A stretch of 64,000 nt of DNA from NCBI GenBank assembly GCA_035573895.1, contig DATLZR010000015.1, forward strand, positions 7,387 through 71,386. Direction: 5' to 3'. A program made the position numbers and the translations under genes. The notes under the pieces are model-generated. The model did no database searches. It was given only the letters and a program-made list of their open reading frames with translations, and was not told the origin of the DNA. The stretch is from Blastocatellia bacterium. Lineage in GTDB: Bacteria; Acidobacteriota; Blastocatellia; HR10. The stretch's first letter is position 1, and every line of letters starts with the position of its first letter. Of this stretch, positions 1-10,571 are shown one piece after another.

Positions 1-1066
1 CCACCGCTCCTCCCCTGGCGAGAACCCGCTCGATAGCCCGGTCGAGAAGATTGGGAGTGGCTTCGAGCGCGCCCCCGCAGTAGAGGCATGCATGAGTGGC
101 CGCGTCCAGATAGAGGGCGCCACAGGCCGTACAGACGGAGCCCTGAAGCATCGAGTTCCTCGCATACAGGAGCCGCCAGACGCGCCCCTCCGAGACCGCC
201 TGAATCGTATCCGCGGCACCGACGGTCGCATTCCCTCCTTTATGGGCCGTCGTCACCAGTTTCTCAACAAGCTCCAGCTCTCTGTTTCGCTCAGTCGCCG
301 CCTCGATTTTCTGCACCTCGGCCAGAATGTCAGATACGGACGCGGTGATGGGAACCGAGATCGTCCCCACGACGCGCGACCGCAACGCCTTCGGCAGGAC
401 TCGCTGAAGCTCGCTCACGGCTTCAACCGTCCCGCCCAGCACTAACCGATCAAAGTGATACTGAGCCGCCAGCTCGGTCAGTTTTTCGGCGACGTTCTTG
501 ACATGACCGTGAACGTGTTGATCGTGGTGCCGCTGCAGGTTCTTCTGCGACCAGAGCCGATCGGTGCTCGTGGTCACAGTTCGTCGGGGCACCTCGTCGA
601 AGACCTGATGATGTTCCTCGACGTCGCCGAGGTAGACGGTGAACAATCGCGCCCGTTCCTTATCCACCAGCACGACGCCATAGCGCTCATACTCATCGAG
701 CGCCTCGACCAGCGGCTGATAGTACGGCGCAGGAGCGAACCGCGCCACCGAGGGAAGAATGATGGGAAGATCACGATCCCACCAGAATCCCCGACGGGAA
801 TCGCTGAAGATGACCAGACTCTTCTTCCGGGGGGTGTAGTCCCGGATAAAACGGAGAACCTTTTCCCGATTCGCTTCGAATTCCGAGCGAAGATGGTTGG
901 AGATGTCCCGTTCAACCTCTTTGAGGAGCTGAGTCGCCGTTCGCTCAAATCCTCGATTGAGATTACCCGGCTTGGACTGATCCACATCAAGATAGAGGCT
1001 GAGGACGTGACCCTCGCCCTCAGGTCCGTAACGCTGGAGCATTTCCAGATCCCTGTATGAAACCAT
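1..1066 (-). CDS. baeRF/eRF1-Pelota-like protein with C-terminal CxxC..CxxC zinc ribbon. The 3' end runs off the window start.
   Basis: I translated the minus strand myself from the ATG at 1066 (MVSYRDLEMLQRYGPEGEGHVLSLYLDV...). The ORF track omits it because it is open at the edge. The central segment YGVVLVDKERARLFTVYLG resembles the eRF1/Pelota domain-2 start. The C-terminus has CTACGALYLDAATHACLYCGG. The + strand ORF 455..1060 and the - strand ORF 574..1110 are its shadows. Confidence 0.5.
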   Translation of the reverse strand, partial: MVSYRDLEMLQRYGPEGEGHVLSLYLDVDQSKPGNLNRGFERTATQLLKEVERDISNHLRSEFEANREKVLRFIRDYTPRKKSLVIFSDSRRGFWWDRDLPIILPSVARFAPAPYYQPLVEALDEYERYGVVLVDKERARLFTVYLGDVEEHHQVFDEVPRRTVTTSTDRLWSQKNLQRHHDQHVHGHVKNVAEKLTELAAQYHFDRLVLGGTVEAVSELQRVLPKALRSRVVGTISVPITASVSDILAEVQKIEAATERNRELELVEKLVTTAHKGGNATVGAADTIQAVSEGRVWRLLYARNSMLQGSVCTACGALYLDAATHACLYCGGALEATPNLLDRAIERVLARGGAV

Positions 1067-1140
1067 TGTTCCCTCCTAACGTCGGTTGCTCTGGATTCCG
1101 GAGGAGACACCGATCGGCCCGCTGGGCCGACAGGTGGTCC

Positions 1141-2679
1141 TTACTCCGATTTTTCCTTCAGCCGCTCCACCGTGAACCGCCAGTACGTCACCGGGGTGCC
1201 CGGTGGGATGCCCGCTTTGCGCAACGCCAGCTCGATCTGCCTCTCCACCGTCGTAATTCCCGGCAGATCGGGCAGGAGCAATCCCCTCCGTCCGTCGGCG
1301 CTCTCCACAATCAATCCGTAACGCGAAGGATCGAGATCGTTCGGGCCCGCGACCCGCTCCGGCGGGGACAGCACATCAACCGAAAAGACCAACCGATCGA
1401 GTTCATCAGCAGTCACCGGAGGAAATCGAGGGTCAGCCGTTGCCGCCGACACGGCATTGTGAATGACTTCCTCGACAATGGTCTTGCGCGTCGGGTGAAT
1501 CGTTCCCACGCAGCCGCGCAATTCACCGTCGCGGGTCTTGATGCTGACGAAAACGCCCGACGGGCGCGCCCATCGTCCGCTGATGGGCTCCGGAGCCGGC
1601 ATGATCTTTCCCTGAGAGAGATAATAGGCGACCGATTGCCGGGCCATAGCAGGCAGATCAATCTCCGGTTGGGCTGCTGCCGCCGGTTCAGGAGCGGGAT
1701 CCAGGCCCGGCGACGCCGCCACGTCGCTTCGTTCCGTTCGATCGCCCTCGGCGGACGGCTCCTTTGATCCATTGTCCGAAGAAGAATAGTCGGCCAGTAC
1801 GGCCGCCATGTAGCCGACGCCGAACGGACCCTCGTAGGAAAAGACCTCCGTGCGATGGAGTTTCCGGCCGATGGCGCCATAGGCGATGAGCAGCGAACGA
1901 TAGATGTCCTCGCCGGCTTCCTCCCGCAGATCGGGATCAATGGCGAGAATCTTCTCGAAATCACCTTCTCGAAGAGCGGCGACGATGGCCTCGTCATAGA
2001 GATGGGCGCGTTCGCTGAACCCTGCGGGTGCATCCGGCTTCAGCCGATGACTCATGTCTCCACTGGCACAAATGGCCAGGCGGAGGTTCAATTGTGCAGC
2101 GGCATCAGCAATCGCCTCGCCAAAGCGGACATGCTCCCTCGCGGGCAAAAAGGAGAGTCCCACCACAGCTACCTTCGATGTCCACCCCGCTTTCACCAGA
2201 TAGTAGAGTGGAACCATCGTGCCGTGATCGAGTCGCCGACCGGCGGGAATAAGCCAGAGGGGAATGTTTCGCTCCTGGCACAGAGCGGCCAGCCGAGACA
2301 GCAAGACGAGGTCATTGCTGATGGTGAACTCCACCTCCGGGGCGCCGAAATCCCAGAAGTCGCCTCGCAATCGGGGTCCACTATAGGCGCTGAATGAACG
2401 AGGATCCAGCGGTGCATGAGGACTGATGATGACGACCGTATCCGGTCCAGAAGCTACCAGCCGCTGCATCATCCGCTCAACGCCGCGGACCGTCGCCATG
2501 CACTCGGCCAACCGGTCGCCTCCGATCTCCGGGACGATAATTGGCGGATGCGGCGAGACACCGGCAAATACGACAGCCGATCTCATAGGCCTGACCTCCT
2601 TGTTGAATCTCGGCGAGCGGCCTGCACTCGAACCCCTGCACCAGCGTCGTCGGCCCCCTCCGGCGACGACCGTCCTCAT
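1141..2679 (-). CDS. Fusion protein: N-terminal LigB/Memo-like class III extradiol dioxygenase fold plus C-terminal AMMECR1 domain
   Basis: 512 aa. The N-terminal half has LigB-family motifs (VVIISPHAPL, LDHGTMVPLYYL, ICASGDMSHRL). The C-terminal part has AMMECR1 hallmarks (SGVFVSIKTRDGELRGCVGTI, DPRFPPV). Its start overlaps the ftsH stop by 4 nt. Confidence 0.65.
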   Translation of the reverse strand: MRTVVAGGGRRRWCRGSSAGRSPRFNKEVRPMRSAVVFAGVSPHPPIIVPEIGGDRLAECMATVRGVERMMQRLVASGPDTVVIISPHAPLDPRSFSAYSGPRLRGDFWDFGAPEVEFTISNDLVLLSRLAALCQERNIPLWLIPAGRRLDHGTMVPLYYLVKAGWTSKVAVVGLSFLPAREHVRFGEAIADAAAQLNLRLAICASGDMSHRLKPDAPAGFSERAHLYDEAIVAALREGDFEKILAIDPDLREEAGEDIYRSLLIAYGAIGRKLHRTEVFSYEGPFGVGYMAAVLADYSSSDNGSKEPSAEGDRTERSDVAASPGLDPAPEPAAAAQPEIDLPAMARQSVAYYLSQGKIMPAPEPISGRWARPSGVFVSIKTRDGELRGCVGTIHPTRKTIVEEVIHNAVSAATADPRFPPVTADELDRLVFSVDVLSPPERVAGPNDLDPSRYGLIVESADGRRGLLLPDLPGITTVERQIELALRKAGIPPGTPVTYWRFTVERLKEKSE

Positions 2680-4553
2680 CCCGCCGGGGGTTGTACATCC
2701 CTTTCCGAGGCGGATCCGGTCGGTTCTTCCGCCTCCTGCAGCAGTCGCATGAGTTCCGCCCGATCCAGCGTCTCCCGAACCATCAATTCCTGAGCAATTC
2801 GCACCAACGCTTTTTCTCGCTGCACAAGCAGCGACCGCGCTCGATCATACGCCTGGGCGATGAGCCGGTTCACTTCGTCGTCAATGATCTGGGCCGTCTC
2901 CTCGCTGAAATCTCGCTCCTCGGCCGCCGGCAGAGGACCGCGCAGAAACTGGCCGTCGAGCGGGCGTCCGAACGTTCGCGGTCCCAAGCGCGTGCTCATG
3001 CCGAAACGCGTCACCATCTGCCGGGCGATTTCGGTTGCCTGCTCCAAATCGTTATGCACCCCGGTGGAGGACACCCCGAAGATCAGTTCCTCCGCCGCTC
3101 GCCCGCCCAGAAGCACGGCCAGGCGATCCTCGAGTTCCGACTTGGTGTAGAGATAGCGGTCGTCCGCCGGCAGTTGCAACGTAACGCCGAGCGCTCCAAT
3201 CGAGCGAGGGATGATCGTCACCTTGTGAACCGGATCGGCATGAGGCAGCGACAGCGCCACGAGCGCATGACCAACTTCATGATAAGCGACGCGTTCTTTG
3301 ATGGCCGGAGACATGGCACGATTCTTTTTCTCCAACCCGAGCATGACGCGGTCAATCGCCTCCTCAAAGTCGCGCATCTCGACCGCCTCCGAGCCTCGTC
3401 GGGCGGCCAGAAGCGCCGCCTCATTCACGATATTGGCCAGATCGGCACCCACCATCCCCGGCGTCCGCGCCGCCAGCACGCGGAAATCCACATCGGCCCC
3501 CACGCGAACCTTTCGGGCATGGACCTTGAGGATCTCCTCACGACCGGTTATATCCGGGCGATCTACGATGATGCGGCGATCAAATCGCCCGGCCCGGAGC
3601 AAGGCCGGATCCAGGATCTCCGGTCGGTTGGTCGCCGCCATGATGATGACGCCCTTGGAGGAATCGAATCCGTCCATTTCGACGAGGAGCTGATTGAGCG
3701 TCTGTTCCCGCTCATCATGCGCTCCGATGAAGGCTCCCCCGACGGCCCGCATCTTGCCGATCGCATCGAGTTCATCAATGAAGACGATGCAGGGGGCCTT
3801 TTTCTTGGCCTGCTCGAAGAGGTCGCGGACGCGCGCCGCCCCCACGCCGACGAACATCTCGACGAACTCCGATCCCGAAATCGAGAAAAACGGAACGCCC
3901 GCTTCCCCGGCCACCGCCCGCGCGAGCAGGGTCTTCCCCGTTCCCGGAGGTCCGACGAGCAGAACGCCTTTGGGGATGCGCCCGCCCAGGCGCTGGTACC
4001 GAGCGGGACTCTTCAAAAAATCCACGATCTCGACGAGTTCAGCCTTGGCCTCATCCACGCCGGCGACGTCGGCGAATGTGACGCGCTGGTCGCTGCTGGT
4101 GTCGTAAATTTTCGCCTTGCTGCGGCCAAAGGTCAGGACGCTACTGCCCCCCTGCGCCAGCCGCCTCATGCCATAGCCCCAAATCGCTCCCAAAATCAGC
4201 AGCGGCAGCACCCAGTAGAGGAAGAACTGCTCCAGCCAGGAAGTGCGCTCAATCACCCCGGAGAATTTCACCTGCCGTTCCTGCAGTTCCTTCAGCAATG
4301 ACGTCTCTTCTATGCCGGGAAGTCGAGTGGCGACCACCAGCCGATTCCCCTCCCGGAGGCGGGCGCGAATCTCACTCTCGCCGATCCAGACCTCCGCGAC
4401 TTTGCCGCTCCGAAGGTGATCGAGAAGTTCACTGTAGGGAATCGGGTGAGGACGAGGAAAGGGGCTGAACTGCTGGAGCGAGATCAGCAGTCCCACCGTG
4501 AGGATGAGATAAAAGATGTTGAAGACCCACTTTTGTCGCGTGGTCTTATCCAT
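2676..4553 (-). CDS. ftsH: ATP-dependent zinc metalloprotease FtsH
   Basis: 625 aa. N-terminal TM helices, AAA+ Walker [31 protein letters not shown] zinc motif. Confidence 0.95.
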   Translation of the reverse strand: MDKTTRQKWVFNIFYLILTVGLLISLQQFSPFPRPHPIPYSELLDHLRSGKVAEVWIGESEIRARLREGNRLVVATRLPGIEETSLLKELQERQVKFSGVIERTSWLEQFFLYWVLPLLILGAIWGYGMRRLAQGGSSVLTFGRSKAKIYDTSSDQRVTFADVAGVDEAKAELVEIVDFLKSPARYQRLGGRIPKGVLLVGPPGTGKTLLARAVAGEAGVPFFSISGSEFVEMFVGVGAARVRDLFEQAKKKAPCIVFIDELDAIGKMRAVGGAFIGAHDEREQTLNQLLVEMDGFDSSKGVIIMAATNRPEILDPALLRAGRFDRRIIVDRPDITGREEILKVHARKVRVGADVDFRVLAARTPGMVGADLANIVNEAALLAARRGSEAVEMRDFEEAIDRVMLGLEKKNRAMSPAIKERVAYHEVGHALVALSLPHADPVHKVTIIPRSIGALGVTLQLPADDRYLYTKSELEDRLAVLLGGRAAEELIFGVSSTGVHNDLEQATEIARQMVTRFGMSTRLGPRTFGRPLDGQFLRGPLPAAEERDFSEETAQIIDDEVNRLIAQAYDRARSLLVQREKALVRIAQELMVRETLDRAELMRLLQEAEEPTGSASERDVQPPAG

Positions 4554-4715
4554 CGTTCGATTCCGACACCGAGATCGCGCCCGACAAGCACTCCCCCGGA
4601 GTCAAGGACTGCACGCCGTCACTCGAGCTAATGCGTTGCCCGAAAGCCGGTCGGAAAAGCCGCCCCGCGAGGATTCCTTTCAGCGCCACTGCCGGCCTCT
4701 CACGCGGCGTTCACC

Positions 4716-5012
4716 TTAGGCCGCCTTGCGAAACTCCGGCTGACCGAACAGCTCTTCTTCGGTGATCTCGCGTCCGGTCTCTAAATCGGGATCGGCGCTA
4801 TCAACGAGGAAATAGCGTCGGTTGCCGGGAATGCGCCGTTCGATCCATTGGCGATTGAGAACGGCCGGGACGTAAACGATCAGATCGGGATTCGAATTTT
4901 TACTCCGTCGGACTCCCAGCTCGCTATCCCAGACGGCGATATAGGTGTGGCCTCCTCGCTCGAGGGTCAGGATGTCACCGTTGGCCCGTCGCAGGATGTA
5001 ATAGGTTGCCAT
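4716..5012 (-). CDS. Hypothetical small protein (99 aa) downstream of htrA
   Basis: Internal ATG at 5012 preceded by GGAGGGGG RBS (MATYYILRRANGDILTLERGGHTYIAVWD...). The longer track ORF 4716..5201 has a low-complexity N-extension overlapping htrA. No recognisable domain. Confidence 0.4.
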   Translation of the reverse strand: MATYYILRRANGDILTLERGGHTYIAVWDSELGVRRSKNSNPDLIVYVPAVLNRQWIERRIPGNRRYFLVDSADPDLETGREITEEELFGQPEFRKAA

Positions 5013-5175
5013 CGCTTGCCCCCTCCATCGCCTGAGATAATTATGGCCATCACCGAATCGAGACTTCGCGCGGTGACGACGATCACCCGCCCGCTGTCCA
5101 ACCTCAAATCCTCGTGAGAGAGGAACCCGAGGCGTCTCGGGCTCCTCCTCCCTGATACGCGAAGCGACATATCGC

Positions 5176-6792
5176 TCAACCGCGCGGGGCGATGTCCACA
5201 TAGCCAGTGCTGCCTGAGCGCGAGAAGTAGACGCGCAGCAGGGCCCGCCGTCGCCCGACCCGCGAGACAGCCTGACGAAACGCTTCCACCGATGTCACCG
5301 GCTGCCGATTCACTTCAATGATCACGTCGCCGGGTTGCAATCCGACTTCGGCCGCGGGGCTGTCCGGGTCAATATCGCTGATGATCACACCGGTGATGCT
5401 TCGAGGAATATCAAAGCGATTGCGCAGCGAGGGCGTCAGCTCATCCACGGCGATTCCACTGAGCGTATTCCCGCTGTCATTGGATTCCGGCATGCGGCTC
5501 ACCCGCTCCGCCGGTCGCTCACCAAGCTCCACCGTCACTTTTTGTTCGCGCCCGTTACGGATGAGCGTGAGCGTCACCCGCGTTCCCGGCGGCGTCAATC
5601 CCACCATGTTTTTCAGGTGATCGGCGTCGTTGACGCGCTGTCCGTTGAACTCAATGATGACATCGCCGTTGCGGATTCCCGCGCGATCGGCCGGTCCATC
5701 CGGCACGACATTTCCCACGAGTGCTCCCCGGCGATCCTTCAACTCGAATTGCTCGACCATCCCTTCGGTCAGGTTCTGGATCTCCACTCCGAGATACCCG
5801 CGAACGACCTTGCCATACTTGAGAATGCGGTCCATCACCTCGCGGGCCATATTGATGGGAATGGCGAACCCGACGCCGGCATTGGCCTGTATGCCGCGCG
5901 TGAAGATGGCCGTGTTAATGCCGATCAACTCGCCCCGCATGTTGACCAGAGCGCCACCGGAATTCCCCGGATTGATCGCCGCGTCCGTCTGAATGAAATC
6001 GCCATACTCGGCAATTCCCAGGTTTCCGCGACCGGTCGCGCTAATGATGCCAAAGGTGACCGTTTGCTGTAACTCCCGCCGAAACGGATTCCCGATGGCG
6101 ATGACGAAATCGCCCACCTGCACCCGCGACGAATCACCCAGGGTGATGGCCGGAAGCTTCTGGGCGTCAATCTTCAGCACAGCGACATCACTTTGAGGAT
6201 CCGTTCCGACGACGCGCGCTTTGAAAACACGCTGATCGGCCAGCCGCACGGTGACCTCTGTCGCTCCCTCGACCACGTGATTGTTGGTCAGAATGTAGCC
6301 ATCCGGACTCACGATCACGCCCGATCCGAGCCCTTCCTGCGTATATTCGCGGGGTTGACGGGGAGTGCCGAAAAATCGGCGGAAGAAGGGATCGTCGAAA
6401 AAGAAATCAATCCCTTGAGATCGCACCCTTGACTTGGTCTCGATGCTGACGACGGAGTCGCGCACAGCCCGGACGACCGGGCCGAGACCTTCGGTGAGCG
6501 ATACGTTGCCCATACTGGAGCCGGAGGCCACGGGCGCACCGCTGGCGAGATAAATGGGCACGCGGGAATCGTTGCGAGGAAATGGCGCCCAGGACGTCCA
6601 CGCCGTGAGGATCGAGCCCATCACCGCACCAATGAGAAGCAGGAGAGTGACTCCCGCCCCCAGGCGCACGCGCCGATCTCTCAGCCACCATCCGGGGGAC
6701 CACCCCCGGCGACTCGAGGCAACCGTGGACCGGTCGAACTCGGCCGCAGTCGGTTGTAGCGAAGCGTCGGGTTTGACATTCATCGTTTCCAT
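5176..6792 (-). CDS. htrA: HtrA/DegP-family periplasmic serine protease with two PDZ domains
   Basis: 538 aa. TM/signal region, trypsin-like motifs GYILTNNHVVEGA and GNSGGAL, two C-terminal PDZ-like segments. Confidence 0.9.
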   Translation of the reverse strand: METMNVKPDASLQPTAAEFDRSTVASSRRGWSPGWWLRDRRVRLGAGVTLLLLIGAVMGSILTAWTSWAPFPRNDSRVPIYLASGAPVASGSSMGNVSLTEGLGPVVRAVRDSVVSIETKSRVRSQGIDFFFDDPFFRRFFGTPRQPREYTQEGLGSGVIVSPDGYILTNNHVVEGATEVTVRLADQRVFKARVVGTDPQSDVAVLKIDAQKLPAITLGDSSRVQVGDFVIAIGNPFRRELQQTVTFGIISATGRGNLGIAEYGDFIQTDAAINPGNSGGALVNMRGELIGINTAIFTRGIQANAGVGFAIPINMAREVMDRILKYGKVVRGYLGVEIQNLTEGMVEQFELKDRRGALVGNVVPDGPADRAGIRNGDVIIEFNGQRVNDADHLKNMVGLTPPGTRVTLTLIRNGREQKVTVELGERPAERVSRMPESNDSGNTLSGIAVDELTPSLRNRFDIPRSITGVIISDIDPDSPAAEVGLQPGDVIIEVNRQPVTSVEAFRQAVSRVGRRRALLRVYFSRSGSTGYVDIAPRG

Positions 6793-6892
6793 GTTTCACT
6801 CCTTCCGTCATCGAAGAATTTCGGCCAGCTCCTCCGATGCGATTGGCTGCCGGCCCTTGATGTTATGACGTTCTCCCGCACACCCGATCGGG

Positions 6893-9541
6893 CTATTCGC
6901 TGGCGACCGGAGCGGCGGCCCGCTCAGTCGAAAAGACCAATCTTCCGCCGTCATAATCCACCGTGACACGGGAATTATCGCGCACCTCTCCCTGCAAGAC
7001 CAGCTTGGCCAGAGGATTCTCCAGCTCGCGTTGAATGACCCGCTTGAGCGGACGGGCCCCGAAGACCGGATCGTACCCGACGCGCGCCAGCCACTCCCGG
7101 GCGGCATCGGTCACGTGGAGCGCGATCTGCCGGTCACTCAGCCGCTGCTGCAACCGGCGAAGCTGAATCTCGACGATCTCTTTGAGATGGTCCTCGGTCA
7201 ACGCATGAAAGACGACGATCTCGTCCACCCGGTTGAGGAACTCGGGCCGGAAGGTTCGCCGAAGTTCCGCCAGAACCGTCTCCTTCATCCGCTCGTACCG
7301 ATCGCCGCTGGCGGCGCCACGATATTCGAGGATGAGATTGCTGCCGATGTTGGAGGTCATGATGATGATGGTGTTCTTGAAATCAACCGTGCGACCGTGA
7401 CTGTCGGTCAGCCGCCCATCGTCGAGAATTTGCAAGAGCAGATTGAAGACATCCCAGTGGGCCTTCTCGATCTCGTCAAAGAGGACGACCGAATAGGGAC
7501 GCCGTCGAACCGCTTCGGTCAATTGCCCGCCCTCCTCGTAGCCGACGTAGCCGGGCGGCGCTCCGATCAGGCGAGCGACCGAATGCTTCTCCATGTACTC
7601 GGACATGTCAATGCGAATGAGCGCCCGTTCATCATCGAAGAGCGACTCGGCCAGCGCGCGGGCCAGCTCCGTTTTCCCCACGCCGGTGGGACCGAGGAAA
7701 ATGAAACTGCCGATGGGCCGATTGGGATCTTTCAATCCGGCGCGCGCCCGACGCACGGCCTCGGCCACGGCGCTCACGGCTTCGTCCTGGCCGACGATCC
7801 GGCGATGCAGTTCCTCCTCCAGGCGGAGCAACTTTTGAATCTCCCCTTCGAGGAGCTTGCTCACCGGGATGCCCGTCCAGCGACTGACGACCTCGGCGAT
7901 GTCTTCCTCATCCACTTCTTCCTTGAGTAATCGCGTTCCCCCGCGCTGCTCGACCAGCTCGGTGAGGGCTTTCTCGCTCTCTCGAATCTTCCTCTCCAGC
8001 TCGACGAGTCGTCCGTACTTCAATTCGGCCGCCCGATTCAGATCATACGCCCGCTCCGCTTGTTCGATGAGGATCTTCGTCTCCTCGACCTGCTCACGGA
8101 GCTGGCGAAGATCGGCGATGATTTTCTTCTCCTGCTCCCATTGAGTTTTGAGCCCATCGGCCTGGACGCGCAATTCGGCCAGCTCTTCTTCGAGCTTGCG
8201 CAACCGTTCCCGCGAAGCGGCATCCGTCTCCCGCTTCAATCCCTCGCGCTCGATTTCCAGTTGCATGATGCGCCGGAGGATCTCGTCCAGCTCCGACGGC
8301 ATCGAGTCAATTTCCGTACGCAGCCGCGCGGCCGCTTCATCCACCAGATCAATGGCTTTATCCGGGAGAAAACGATCGGAGATATAGCGGTTGCTCAGGA
8401 CGGCGGCCGCGACCAGAGCGGAATCCTTGATCCGCACGCCATGATGCACCTCGTAGCGTTCCTTCAGGCCGCGAAGGATCGAGATCGTATCTTCAACGCT
8501 CGGCTCCCCCACGAGGATGGGTTGGAAGCGTCGCTCTAGCGCGGCATCCTTCTCGATGTACTTGCGGTACTCGTCCAGAGTGGTCGCGCCGATGCACCGC
8601 AGCTCGCCGCGCGCCAGCATGGGCTTGAGGAGATTTCCCGCATCCATCGTGGCTCCTTCCGCCCGACCGGCTCCGACGACCGTGTGCAACTCGTCAATGA
8701 ACAGGATGATCTCTCCCTGCGACTCCTGAACCTCGCGCAAAACCGCCTTGAGCCGTTCCTCAAATTCGCCGCGATACTTGGCCCCGGCGATCAATGCGCC
8801 CATGTCGAGCTGGACGACCCGCTTGTGTTTGAGCCCTTCGGGGACATCGCCTCGAATGATGCGCTGAGCCAGTCCTTCAACAATCGCCGTTTTCCCCACG
8901 CCGGGCTCACCGATGAGGACGGGATTGTTTTTCGTCCGGCGGGAGAGAACCTGCATCACCCGACGAATCTCCTCGTCCCGTCCGATGACAGGATCGAGCT
9001 TCCCCTGACCGGCTAACTGCGTGAGATCGCGCCCGTAGCGTTCGAGCGCCTGATAGGTCGCTTCGGGCGTGGGACTGGTGACGCGCTGCGTCCCGCGAAT
9101 TTGCAGCAGGGCTTTCATCAAACGATCGCGCGTCAGACCCGCCTCAGCGAGAATACGGCCCGCCGCTGTCGCTCGCCCCTCCTCCACCATGGCGAGGAGA
9201 ACATGCTCGACGCTGATGTACTCGTCGCGGAACTTCTTCGCCTCATCCTCGGCCGCCACAAACAACCGATTGAGTCGCCCCGTGAGATAAACCTGATCCG
9301 GTCCGGCGGCCGGTCCGCTCACTTTCGGCCAGCGGGCCAGTTCCTGCTCCAACCGGGTGATCACCTGAGCCGGATCAACGCCCGCCCGTTGCAGGATCGT
9401 GGGAGCCAGACCACCTTCCTGCTGCAGCAACGCGAGCAACAGATGCTCCACGTCAATGTGCTGATGGCTATAGCGAGCGGCGATCGCTTGAGCCGCACGA
9501 ATTCCATCCTGAAGCTTTTCCGTCATTCGGTTGATGTCCAT
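6893..9541 (-). CDS. clpB: Chaperone ClpB (Hsp100 disaggregase)
   Basis: 882 aa. Clp N-domain, two AAA+ modules ([15 protein letters not shown] and [15 protein letters not shown]), long coiled-coil M-domain. Confidence 0.95.
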   Translation of the reverse strand: MDINRMTEKLQDGIRAAQAIAARYSHQHIDVEHLLLALLQQEGGLAPTILQRAGVDPAQVITRLEQELARWPKVSGPAAGPDQVYLTGRLNRLFVAAEDEAKKFRDEYISVEHVLLAMVEEGRATAAGRILAEAGLTRDRLMKALLQIRGTQRVTSPTPEATYQALERYGRDLTQLAGQGKLDPVIGRDEEIRRVMQVLSRRTKNNPVLIGEPGVGKTAIVEGLAQRIIRGDVPEGLKHKRVVQLDMGALIAGAKYRGEFEERLKAVLREVQESQGEIILFIDELHTVVGAGRAEGATMDAGNLLKPMLARGELRCIGATTLDEYRKYIEKDAALERRFQPILVGEPSVEDTISILRGLKERYEVHHGVRIKDSALVAAAVLSNRYISDRFLPDKAIDLVDEAAARLRTEIDSMPSELDEILRRIMQLEIEREGLKRETDAASRERLRKLEEELAELRVQADGLKTQWEQEKKIIADLRQLREQVEETKILIEQAERAYDLNRAAELKYGRLVELERKIRESEKALTELVEQRGGTRLLKEEVDEEDIAEVVSRWTGIPVSKLLEGEIQKLLRLEEELHRRIVGQDEAVSAVAEAVRRARAGLKDPNRPIGSFIFLGPTGVGKTELARALAESLFDDERALIRIDMSEYMEKHSVARLIGAPPGYVGYEEGGQLTEAVRRRPYSVVLFDEIEKAHWDVFNLLLQILDDGRLTDSHGRTVDFKNTIIIMTSNIGSNLILEYRGAASGDRYERMKETVLAELRRTFRPEFLNRVDEIVVFHALTEDHLKEIVEIQLRRLQQRLSDRQIALHVTDAAREWLARVGYDPVFGARPLKRVIQRELENPLAKLVLQGEVRDNSRVTVDYDGGRLVFSTERAAAPVASE

Positions 9542-9544
9542 AGG

Positions 9545-10483
9545 TTACTTCACCCCATTTGATCGCGGATTGAACTTCGATTCCCGAGCCAACTGCTCGA
9601 AGAGTTTCCGTTCGGCGGCCGTTGGACGCGGCGGGACGACGATCTTCACTTCGACGTATTGGTCCCCCCGGCCTCCCCGACGACGCGTCAGACCCTGACC
9701 GCGCAGCCGGAGCTTTTGCCCCGTTTGCGCTCCCGGAGGCAGACTTACCTCCGCCATTCCATCGAGCGTCGGCACGAGAATTTTCGCTCCCAGGACAGCC
9801 TCCCAGGGCGTCACCGGCACCTCCGTGTACAGATCATCGCCGGAGACTTTGAAGATGGGATGCGGCTGGAGTTTCACCCGGAGATAAAGATCGCCCGCCA
9901 TACCTCCGGCCTGTCCGCCCTGGCCGGCAAGCCGGATGACAGAACCATCGCGGACGCCCGCCGGAATCTTCACTTCCAGCGACTTTCCCGTCGGGAGCGT
10001 TAAGCGTCGCGTCGTTCCCCGATGAGCTTCTTCGAGCGAGAGTTCAATCTCCATCTCCACGTCAGCAGCGCGACTTCCCCAGCGCGTTGTTGTTGACGGC
10101 CCCGCGTGGCGTCCTGCCGGGCGACCTCGCAACCCACCAAAGAGCGTCTCAAAGAAATCGCTGAAGCCGCCGGGCATACCGGTGAAGAAATCGAAATCGC
10201 CAAAATCGAGGCGAATCCGCTCCCACCCCGGCGGAGGCGTGAACTCGCTGCCCGCTTTCCAGTTGGGGCCGAGGCGATCATAAAGCTCCCGCTTTTTCGG
10301 ATCGCCGAGGACCTCGTAGGCTTCGTTGATCTCCTTGAACTTCTCCTCCGCCGCCTTGTCACCGGGGTTAACGTCCGGATGGTACTTCCGCGCGAGCCGA
10401 CGGTAAGCCGCTTTGATCTCTTCCTGGCTGGCTGTCCGTGGCACGCCGAGGATTTGATAGTAGTCTTTGTAGGTGACGGCCAT
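9545..10483 (-). CDS. cbpA: J-domain co-chaperone, CbpA-type (DnaJ homolog lacking the Cys-rich zinc finger)
   Basis: 312 aa. N-terminal J domain (DYYQILGV...KYHPD), then Gly/Phe-like linker and two C-terminal beta domains. No CxxCxGxG repeats. Sits 4 nt upstream of clpB. Confidence 0.75.
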   Translation of the reverse strand: MAVTYKDYYQILGVPRTASQEEIKAAYRRLARKYHPDVNPGDKAAEEKFKEINEAYEVLGDPKKRELYDRLGPNWKAGSEFTPPPGWERIRLDFGDFDFFTGMPGGFSDFFETLFGGLRGRPAGRHAGPSTTTRWGSRAADVEMEIELSLEEAHRGTTRRLTLPTGKSLEVKIPAGVRDGSVIRLAGQGGQAGGMAGDLYLRVKLQPHPIFKVSGDDLYTEVPVTPWEAVLGAKILVPTLDGMAEVSLPPGAQTGQKLRLRGQGLTRRRGGRGDQYVEVKIVVPPRPTAAERKLFEQLARESKFNPRSNGVK

Positions 10484-10571
10484 CGCCTTCGATCACCCAG
10501 CACACCGTGGTTGAGAAAGTCAACTTGTCAACAACGCCCCTCCACGCACAGGGAGAGGATCTGGCCCTTCA

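Noticed and set aside
455-1110. ORFs 455..1060 (+) and 574..1110 (-), 201 and 178 aa
   Set aside because: Both are shadow frames of the real minus-strand gene 1..1066 (eRF1-like). Their translations are low-complexity and Arg/Ser-rich.
2691-4301. 536-aa ORF on + strand
   Set aside because: Antisense shadow of ftsH in a high-GC region. The translation has no protein-like features.
4554-4715. AGTCAAG half-site upstream of ftsH resembling half of a HAIR dyad
   Set aside because: Only one half present, with no partner repeat at N7 spacing.
7031-7930. 299-aa + strand ORF inside clpB, and similar 11179..12528 inside dnaK
   Set aside because: Antisense shadows of unmistakable chaperone genes.
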